Shown here in pieces: positions 34,998 through 64,000 of a stretch of DNA of 64,000 nt. How positions within the stretch are numbered: position 1 is the first letter of the stretch; every line of letters begins with the position of its first letter. The notes beneath the pieces are model-generated. The model was given only the letters and a program-made list of their open reading frames with translations, was not told where the DNA came from and searched no databases. Source of the stretch: Chrysomallon squamiferum (taxonomy: Eukaryota > Animalia > Mollusca); the NCBI GenBank assembly GCA_012295275.1, contig CM022666.1, positions 9,672,001-9,736,000 of the forward strand, read 5' to 3'. Both the position numbers and the translations under genes were made by a program.

Positions 34998-35768
34998 CAG
35001 TGGTACCTCAAGTTACGAGTGCTCCAACTTATGAATTTTTCAAGTTACAAGTAGCCGCCCGGCTGATTTCTTGCTTTGAGTTGTAAGCCAAAATCTGAGT
35101 TACGAGCCAGCTTCAGATATGCCACCTCTATTTGCTGCAACCACCAACATAACATCCATCCACCATCCTTTGTCTTACTTGTTTCGCTTCAGGTGGTTAT
35201 CTCACCATGGAAACATCTCTGTTGAGTGGTGCTATTGTTTTGTGCAGTAATTTGCCAAATTTCCTGGGATCCTAAGAAAGTGAGTGCAAAGGACAGTGCT
35301 GAGAAGAAGACACAGATGATGAAGCTTGAATTCATAGAAAAATATGAGTGAGGTCTGCATGTAGTCAATATGGCTAGGCAATACAAGCATAGCACTTCTG
35401 TGATAAGCATCATACTGAAGCTGAAGGAGTTGATAAAGGCTATAACTCCAGCCAAAGGCATTAAAATAATTTCTAAGCTGCAGACCTTTGTCCATGAAAT
35501 GATGGAGAAACCTTAACCCTGTACACTTTACAAAACCAATTTATTTCTTTACATGCTCTTTAATTTTGTGTTTATAAAATATTTGTCATTTATACATACA
35601 TTTTTTTATTTATTTTTATAATTGGGTTGGATTTTGGGGGCTGGAATGGATTAATGGTATTTCAGTTAATTTTGTTTGGGAAAATTGATTTGATTATATG
35701 AATATGAGCAATCTGAGTTACAAGCTTGGTAACAGAATGAATTAAACTCGTGAGTCAAGGTACCACTT
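34998..35768 (+). mobile_element. Tigger/pogo-like non-autonomous element with both ends
   Basis: Imperfect TIRs CAGTGGTACCTCAAGTTACGAGT / ACTCGTGAGTCAAGGTACCACTT+TA; internal remnant DPKKVSAKDSAEKK..KLEFIEKYE*GLHVVNMARQYKHSTSVISIILK..AITPAKGIKIISKLQTFVHEMMEK resembles a Tigger N-terminal HTH; catalytic region deleted. Confidence 0.85.
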
Positions 35769-36352
35769 TATGTGTATTCTGTTTTTATGTGTATATTTGA
35801 ATGTGCATTCATGTATAATTATATATGTATTTAAGTATGTATGTGTATGTATGTATGTATGCATGTAACTGTGTGTGTATATATATATATAAGTATGTGT
35901 ATAGCTATAGTTATTAACAATACCTTTCATTGTTTTCTATTTAACAATGTTTTTGTTTTATTTCTTGTATGTGTCACTAATTTAATTAAATGTATTGATT
36001 ATAATTAAAGATTCATTAATTGGGTTCTACTGCCAATGTTTCTAAAATTAATAACAAAAAAACTTGAAAAAACAACAAAATGCATTACCTATTTTAAATA
36101 CAAGGAATACAAAATTACCTAATAAAATAATATTAAAAATACATTGTACAAAGATAAAACTATCAGTATTGCACGCAACACTGTGTTACATAGTAACGGT
36201 ATCAAAGCTGAAGTAACAAACAAAACCATGACAACCAATAATTAATCATATAATGTGTCTGGATTTCTCAGAACTGGAGGGATTCAATATGGTTGGGTAG
36301 ACGAGAAAATAATAATAATAATAATAGTAATAATAATAATAATAATAATAAA

Positions 36353-36390
<38 letters not shown>

Positions 36391-36685
36391 TAGTAATAAT
36401 AGTAATAATAATAATAATAATAGTAATAATGATAATGTGTGTGTGTGTCCCATTATGTTTGTGCAGTGTTATAAAAATTATTTTTTAATTTGAGGCACTG
36501 TAATTTACAAAAGAAACAGATCACAATTTTTTTTTTTAAATGTTTTAACCCTTTTCACAGACTACAGTTTTACTCGAGTTGAGGGTTTGAGTAGGGATTT
36601 TTGTTTTGATTTTCTGTTTGTAGCTGTCTCTACAACATACAAATGAAAGATGAAGAAAAGACAAATTAAAGGCTATGGAGAAATT

Positions 36686-55568
<18,883 letters not shown>

Positions 55569-55715
55569 TTCTTACAGTTAGTTGCAGTTTTTCACCCACA
55601 GTGTAAAAAAAAAAAAAAAAAAACTTTTCTTTGAAATCAGTCTTCGTACACACGTAACTTATTAATAAGATTTTTTCCTAAAGTGAAAACAGTGAATGAA
55701 GTAGAACATTTTTGA

Positions 55716-55723
55716 TGACGTCA
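55716..55723. promoter_or_regulatory. Full palindromic CRE upstream of PRKX
   Basis: TGACGTCA about 150 bp upstream of the PRKX ATG, in a CpG-richer promoter patch. Confidence 0.4.
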
Positions 55724-57555
55724 TAATAAAGTGATCGTGCGTCCATGTAAACGATTAAAACAATGTGTGAATATGAGTACAAACAAACATACAACAGCCA
55801 GTACTTTGTGTGATGTTGTCAAGTCGGCGCAAACTCTCCAATGGGAGGAGGCGTAAAAGTACCATCGTCTGCTCTTAGGTGCGCTTTAACTCTTTATCCG
55901 CGGTAAGCCGTCAGTGGCGCTGTTTTTGTTATTGACTGGTGTTAAGTAACGTAGGTTATATACTGATTTGATTAAATGGTTGTATACGTGTTGGAAATGT
56001 GTGTCGTCATGAATATATGTATGTATGTACGAAAATATATTTGAATGTGTGTATGTATTTGGAGGTAGGCAGTTAGGCATACAGGGGGATGTCTGTATGA
56101 GGTCTGTGTGTGTCTGTGTGTGTGTATGTGTGTGCAATTAAGTAAGCAATGCATATGAATGTATGCATGTATACATATAGGTAGGCAGGTAGATAAGAAA
56201 AAGCACACCCGAGACATTAACAAGAGTTATAACGAAATCTACACTTTGATGAAAATTCTTAACATTCAAATGATTAAAAGAGACGTCACTTTTTCAGTAA
56301 TCCACATTTTGTATGTTTTGCCATGCCTATCCATTGTGTATAACTATAAGTATTATCGGGAAACACAGCTTTCTGCTGTTTGTACTAGGATTACTATTTA
56401 TAGAAGAACCAAAAGAAAAAAAAAAAAAAAAACTCTCCCCAAAATGTACGTTTTTAAAATAAATAATAATAAATAAATAAAATAAGATAGAGAAAAAAAA
56501 TAAAAAGAGAAAGAGAATGAATTCGTGATAAACATTTTTATTTTTAGTCACCTGCATGTGTCTTAGATTTACTACAACTCGTAGAGATATATGTTTGCCA
56601 TTACCTTCGACAGTGAAATAAAAATTGATATTTCATCTTTGAAACTGCATCTTTTAGTACATTGTTTTGTATCTTTTGTTCTCTCTCTCTCTCTCTCTAC
56701 TCTACTCTATATATATGTGTGTGTTTGTGTGTGTGTGTGTGTACATACATACATACATACGAACATACATACATACACACACATATATACATTGCTCTCT
56801 GTTTCTGTCCATCTATATATCTATTCAAAAACATACACAGGAATACACAGACACACAGAGACAGATACACATGCACATACTCACAGACATACACATACAC
56901 TCACAGACACATACTCACAAGACACTTTCTTCTGTCACAACCACGCTCATTCAGTCTCTTTCTCAACGAGTGACGTAATTTAGTCACAGAGAGCTTGCCA
57001 AAACAACATTCATATTCGTGTGCGTGCACACATGCGCGTTCTCTCTCACATTTCTTTTTCTTACTGGTGCTGTATGTCACATTTTTGTCTCTCTGAGTTA
57101 GTGGGCTAACTGAACTTTTCCAGTTCATACACATCCGTCGTGGTTATAAATAAAATAATATGTTGATAATCATAATGTTATTATTATTTGTTAAATGTAT
57201 TAGACTTTAGCGTGACTTTCTTCTTTTTCACTTTCAGTACAAACTGGCTTGACAAACTGCTGACAAATGTAGATATAAAGGATTAAATATTGAGCTGTCT
57301 GCTGAAAATATTTGGTCCATCGTCCGACAAAACACACTTTGTGAGATATCTCATGTTGAAATTTTTGAAAGAAGTTAAAAGTGTTTGTGAAGACGTTGAT
57401 GAGTTCAGTTAAATGTGCTTGAGGTAGTTTAGACAATCCGACATTGTCGTATCTTTATTTATTGTGGTAAATATGACAAAATCAAAACTATATGATCCAA
57501 ACTCATTCATTTGTATTTTTAATATTGTTTAATTATTTATTTATAATTTTGATAT

Positions 57556-57662
57556 AATTTAATTTAGTTTAATTTAATTTAATTTAATTTAATTTAATTT
57601 AATTTAATTTAATTTAATTTAATTTAATTTAATTTGATTTATTTATTTATTTAATTATTTTA

Positions 57663-57709
<47 letters not shown>

Positions 57710-57737
57710 GTTTTAGTTTTAATTTAATTTAATTTTA

Positions 57738-57802
<65 letters not shown>
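57556..57802. repeat. (TTTAA)n and (TTA)n compound microsatellite
   Basis: Direct reading. Confidence 0.9.
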
Positions 57803-57803
<1 letters not shown>

Positions 57804-57898
57804 GTTGGATTAGCCTTGTTCTCAGTCCATCCATTTTGTCAGTTCTAGAAACAAACGATTATGCGTGTCTAGAGTCGACCGAGTTATCTCTTTTATTC
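57803..57898. repeat. ~96-bp dispersed repeat, copy 1
   Basis: Near-identical to 58691-58787; preceded by (TTA)n. Confidence 0.85.
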
Positions 57899-58157
57899 TC
57901 ACACTTAATCATCGTTAACGACATATGCTGTGTTGCCATATAATTCTCTCTTTCTACATAAATATTAATAGTATGAAGAAGTAAAAATACTAATTTATTT
58001 CAAACAGAGAATTGAGTGTCCCTATTATTTATTTATTTATTATATGAAACCTAACTCATATTTGACATAAGAGTTATTTCCCTTCAACATGTTTCGTATA
58101 ACTGTTTCGTATTAGCAAATTATATTATTACATTTAGTATAATGATTTATATGTTTT

Positions 58158-58198
<41 letters not shown>

Positions 58199-58635
58199 TA
58201 AATAATAATAATAAAACATTACTGATTGCCCATTTCTTAAATAACTTACGCGCAAGCAGAAAATTAACAACAGTTATGTCCCTTACGTAAGTCAAACTCA
58301 GTACAAATCAAATTATATGTGACGTTAATATGTTGTTTAGGAAGTAACGTCATTTTTTTTTTCTTCTTCAAAACTCGATCATTTTTAAATTTGGCTTGAG
58401 TGAAACAGTTAATGTTATAAAGGACTTTATGTAAGTCTGTTGCACTTATGTCATGTAACTCGAATAATTTGAACATGTCTAAATGTTTGTATTATTTAAG
58501 ATAATGATTTTTTTCTTTTACATCTTTCTTAACTACAGAGATAACAAGCAGTTCATTTTATATGGTATGTGTTCTTCTTCTTACTTATTTTATTTTATTT
58601 ATTTTACTTGTTTACATTATTTAATTAAATGTATC

Positions 58636-58690
<55 letters not shown>

Positions 58691-58691
<1 letters not shown>

Positions 58692-58787
58692 GTTGGACTA
58701 GCCTTGTTCTCAGTCCATCCATTTTTTTCAGTTCTTGAAACAAACGATTATGCATGTCTAGAGTCGACCGATTTATCTCTTTTATTC
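58691..58787. repeat. ~96-bp dispersed repeat, copy 2
   Basis: Near-identical to 57803-57898; preceded by (TTA)n. Confidence 0.85.
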
Positions 58788-59095
58788 AGTTTGTTACAGT
58801 TTTGTAGCTTGTTGTTGGGAAGGCCGCTACTGTTACTACTATTTCTGCAACTACCCTACTAATGTTGTTGTTGTTATTGTTTTTATTTTTGGTAGAGTAG
58901 TAGTAGTATTGGTTGTACTACTAGTAGTGTTGTTGACGTCATAGTTGATATTTTATTTTGTGGAGAAAATTATTTTGTTCTGTGTCAGTTATTCTGTTCT
59001 GTTCAGTGAAGAGTGACAGAAGTAAAACAGATTTCGTTTAGCTTTATTTCATACAACATTGATACATTTGCACTACCCTAATAACAACAACAACA

Positions 59096-59132
<37 letters not shown>

Positions 59133-60563
59133 CTATAGGCTGAAGACAATAATAAAATAATTAATACAATACAGAAATATCTGGTAAGTCAGTGGAATAA
59201 TAATCAAGATAAAAATATCTTCAAAAATCACTCACACCTCATAACAAAATATACAACTGTGCTCAATACAAACAGTTAAAAAGCTAAATAAAACTGCAGC
59301 ACATACCATGAATTTATGAAAACAGCTAAATAATAAAAACATAATAAATTAAGTAATTACTATAAATACGAAAAAAAAAAAAATAAGAAGAAGAAGAAGA
59401 GAAAGATATAGTCATATAAACATCAAATTAACTTAATAACGACAAAATAAATTTGTCAAAAAAACACAAAAATAATGATAATAATAATTAAAAAAATAAA
59501 CAAAAAATATATAAAAAATATAAAATAAATAAATAAATAAATAAAATTATGAATTGAGACTAAATTCAGTGACATCAAATCAATATATAAATTTGAACAC
59601 AACAAAATTTAATGACGTTTTAATAGTTGTTTTAAAAGGATGACGTAGGTATTTGTTAAAATTAACGTTGCATAAATTATTATAATGGGTTTATTAAAAT
59701 GTATTACAGAATGATAATGAAAATGTTAAAAGTGTATCTAAGTATGCTTCTGTTGACTTTATTCTAAATATTTTTATTATTTTTATTAAAGTTATTAATT
59801 TTTTTTATCAAGTTCTTTTTAAAAGTTAGTTTTAAAATTTATAATTTAACAGGAATGTGTTTCATTTATATGTATTTTATTATCTTAAATGTATAAATAA
59901 TTAATTATTCACGATTAAATTTTTTTATTATTATTATTTATTTTTCTTTGAATATTATTTTTTTATTATTTATTTTATTTTATTTTATTTATTCTTTGAA
60001 TATAATTTTATTTATTTACTTATTTAAATTATTTATAATAGCTAGATTTAGATTTTTCTAACCCTGATCGTGGAATTGAAATCGCTGCTATTTTTATTAT
60101 AACTATCTGTGTTTAATAAAAACATTTTTGTCAGTTCAAACTCGCCTTCAGGTCATCACATGGCAAACGTAAGTGCATTCTACTGAAAAAAAAAAAAAAA
60201 AAAAAAAAAAATAATAATAATAATAATAATAAGTAAATAAATAAATAAATAAAATGCTGCAACTTCTACTTTAACGACAACAACAACTGCCACTGTTACT
60301 AGTATAACAGTTAAAGCCTACATATTTACTACTGAAACTTATAATAAACAAATGTAATGATGAAGATACGATAATGTTGATAGTGTTAATGGTAATAAAT
60401 AATAATAATGATAATTAATTATGATCATGATACAATATGAAGACGTTAATAATGATTCAGTGATAATTATAATGAAGATTTTATGATAATGGTGATGATG
60501 ATCATAATAACGACGATGATGACAACGATGATGATGACTTACCTGTCTTGTTATTGACCGTTA

Positions 60564-63500
60564 TCATCCACTGGACGAACTTGGAGAATCTGGTAAGGTG
60601 ACTTTATCGTCCAGCCAGAACGTCCGAGTGTGTCCGTTTATGTCAGTCATAGCTTCCAGTTCCTCCTGTTATTATTATTATTATTTATTATTATTATTAT
60701 TATTATGATTATTATTATTGCTGTTGTTATTATTATTACTATTATTGTTGTTGTCGTGATTGTTACTATTTTTTATTACTGTTATTGTTATTGTTGCTAT
60801 TTATTATTGTTTTTGTTATTATTACAATTATTGTTATTATTGCTGTTATTATTATATTTCTAATTACTATTTTAAAAACAACATTATTTTTGCTGTTTCT
60901 GTTTTTCTTGTACTCCATGTTCTAAAACTAATACCTATTAAAATGATCTCCACTTCACTTGGCAAATTTCACGTTATTTCTTATGACAAAACTTTCTCCT
61001 AATCTTAACTTATACAGCCTTAAATGTTGCTAAGTTTTTCGCAGTATTTAAGCAATATTTTATGCAGTTTTATTTCAGTTATGAAACGGCAGGACCGTTC
61101 TGAAGCAGGCTTACTTGTAAAAAAAATTATTAATTCAGAATACCTTGACAGTGGAGTCAAATCTTTCAACCACTTTGAAATCATCAGATTCTGGCAGAGC
61201 ACTGAAAGTTGTTTCGCTGATGTGGACTCGCCCAGCTGATATGATGATAATGATGATTATGATGATCACGATAATAATGATGACAGTGGTGATCACATAT
61301 TGATGATGATGATCACGATGATATGGAACATTTTAAGACATGCATCAATACATTTTATTGAAATAATACTATCGATAAACATATTTTCTTTTTTCTTTTT
61401 GTAATTTCCTATTACTTTCTTGTTTTCTCAATTTACTCTTTATTAATTTCCTTTTTCTTTATTTCCTTATTTATTATTTCACACTCACTAAAATGTTTTA
61501 TCACAAAAATTATTTTTTAATTACTAAAACTAATAAAAATTAATATTTAATTATAATTATAACTCATTAATAATCTAATAACTGTAGTGAAGATTGAAAT
61601 AAAAATTCTGTATGGCGTTTAATAAATGTTTTCCGTAAAAAAAAAAAAAAGTAAATAAATTCGAAATGGCGGCTTACGATCTCCAAGGGCTTTAATTCTT
61701 GAAGCTATGGTAACTGTTTCCCCTAACAAACAGTATCTTGGCATTTCAGACCCCGCAATTACTGCAGTCACTGGACCTATAGCGTAATATAGTACAGTAT
61801 TGGTAGTAGTAATTCTAACAGTATACTTTATAGTAATAATAGCAGTAGTACAATATAATACAATACATGACAATACAAAATAATACATCACGATAAAACA
61901 ATAAAACACAACACAGTACATTAAATTACAGCACAGTAAAATATGAATGAATACAGTACAATACAATAAAACAACACCAATCAATACAATACAATAGATT
62001 ATCATTTTAATTGTAATTACAATAGAATACAATCCATTTAAGGTTCAATACAAATTTTGTTTTACAGAAATTAACTGTAAATGTAAAACTCTAAAAAGTT
62101 GATGATCGTTTTAAAATTATATAACTACTATTACTGCTATATCTGTGATATTACATTCTCAGTTAATGAACGTTATACAACGACTACAACAACATCACAT
62201 CAATTCTCAGTTCATGAACTAAAATATCACAGTAATTCTCAGTTTACAGATTAAAAACATTAATTTATTAAGCTACAACTGTGATTTCCACTTCTCACTT
62301 AATAAACATGTAATGCTATGACTACAACAACGTCACATCAGTTTTTAGTTTCAAGACTACAACTAGCACAAGATCGTACTTGTGTGTGACATCTGCTTGT
62401 AAATTACAACTACCACAATATCATACCTCTATGATATCCGTTTGTAAAATGCAACTACCACAACATCATACCTGAGTGACATCAGTTTATAAACTACGAC
62501 TACCACAACATCGTACCTGTATGACATCCGATTCTCAGTTTGTACATTTGTCCTGGGAGGTGTGGAATGGCGATTGATTTCATTTTCGTTAGCAACTGCA
62601 GCGACATGCGACAGATCTCAGCCGCATGACCTTCGCATGGACTAGGCACACCTAGCAACATTAGAAATACTTTAAAAATCTTTTTATAAACATTTCGTCA
62701 ATTTATCTAATGAATCATTCAACACATGATCCATTCACTCATTTAGCAAAATGTCCAGTGACTCATGCAGCAAATAAATCATCGGTGAATTATTTAGAAA
62801 ATTGTCCAATGAATAATTAATTCATCAGTGAATTAATTATTCAACCAATCATCAAAATGATACAGCAGATGTTTCACTGGATAATTTGATGAATGATTAG
62901 ATGGTTCACCATATGATTGATTGATGATTTGCTGCAATAACTGTCTTGTTAATAATTACTGGGATTCAGTTTTCTTGTGTTTTAGATAAAAAAAAGCAAT
63001 GAAAAAAAACGAAAAAAACTAAAATAAATAAAACGTCTGAAAAAACAACAACAACAGAAAGTTACCTGATGTAATCAGGTATGAGTCTCCAATAGTTTCA
63101 ATCTTGTGTACATTGTTCTGTTTGATGATGTCATCAAAAATCGTGCACATCTTGTTAATCATCTGAATGACCAGCACGGGGGCGCTGCGTGACGAGATCT
63201 CAGTAAAGTCTTGTATGTCGGAGAAAAACACGGTGACATCCGGGAAGTTCTTGGCAGTGTCTTCGTCCTGCTGCGGCTGCTGCATCAGATCAGCGATGTA
63301 TTTGGGCAACAACTGATACATCAGCTTTACTGTGTGCTTCTTCTGTTTCGTCACAGAGTACATCCTTCATGTAAATAAATAAATAAATAGATTAGATTAA
63401 ATTAATTAATAAATAAATGCAATAAATAAAAGCAACAAATAAATAAAATAAATAAATAAATTATAAGCAAATAAACAAAGAAACAAGTAAGAAAGACAAC

Positions 63501-64000
63501 AAATAGGTACGATAGCAAATACATGAGTAAAAGAGAAAAAAAAATGAAATAAACAAACAAGTAAGTACATAAGTAGTTAAATAAACAAAAAAAAAGTAAG
63601 CAAGAAAGCAAAGTAATTAGAATAACAAATTGATGAATATAAAAAAAAAGAAAAAAGAAAAGAAGAACAACAACAACAACCAAATAAACAATAAACAACA
63701 AAAACCTTTCTGCTAGGCATAGCGAATATCGCTGACTGATGTTGGTCAGAAAATACATCACGTAGATAATGATGATAGAAATGATGATGACGCAAATGCA
63801 GACGGCGGAGATAACGTACATCTTCTGTCTGTCTGTGTTCTGACCTCGGTCCTGCATTTTGGTTATCTCGATGGCTAGTTCTTCCTGAATGACCAGCAAC
63901 AAGTCCATGTACTGGGTCATGTTGTCAAACCACATCTGAGCCATGTTTAGAGTTCCGTTTCCGCCGAGTTTGTCCGATCGAATCTCTTCTCTCATACTTT
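60564..64000 (-). CDS. Guanylyl cyclase with probable NIT (nitrate/nitrite-sensing) domain and one TM helix (5'-partial)
   Basis: Exons complement(63706->64000, 63066-63364, 62517-62651, 61678-61776, 61144-61235, 60564-60665), phases consistent (first donor GTTTTT is weak). WFDNMTQYMDLL (NIT C-terminal-like), hydrophobic helix VISAVCICVIIISIIIIYVMYFL, helical linker LMYQLLPKYIA, cyclase motifs VTVFFSDI, HKIETIGDSY, LRIGCHTGPV, MPRYCL, VHISETT, TFWL. Confidence 0.9.
62120..62545 (-). repeat. ~43-47-bp tandem array containing copies of a guanylyl cyclase exon end and donor site
   Basis: Minus-strand unit ..GATGTCAYWCAG|GTAYGATGTTGTGGTAGTYGTAGTTTA.., beginning at the 62517 junction and decaying toward ~62120. 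Confidence 0.85.

Noticed and set aside
57868-57880. TCTAGAGTCGACC resembling the pUC polylinker (XbaI-SalI)
   Set aside because: Only 13 bp, present in both diverged copies of a genomic repeat, no other vector sequence.

Overview
AT-rich, microsatellite-dense animal DNA (invertebrate; a lophotrochozoan/mollusc is my inference, not shown). It contains five spliced protein-coding genes that I reconstructed by hand, with intron phases checked: AP-1 sigma subunit (minus, last exon not found in the window), WDFY2 (minus, complete, 12 exons, with one U12-type intron), a SNAG + 6 zinc-finger Gfi1/senseless gene (plus, with an apparent 1-bp frameshift in ZF2), PRKX-like kinase (minus, complete, 8 exons) and the 3' part of a NIT-domain/transmembrane guanylyl cyclase (minus) with a partly degenerate catalytic site. 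Introns carry decayed DNA transposons (Sola-like, Ginger-like, two Tigger-like, two piggyBac-like MITEs, one hAT-like MITE). The most unusual pattern is tandem arrays that start at exon/intron junctions and copy the exon end plus the 5' splice site (3 independent cases). Most ORFs in the supplied track are microsatellite artefacts.
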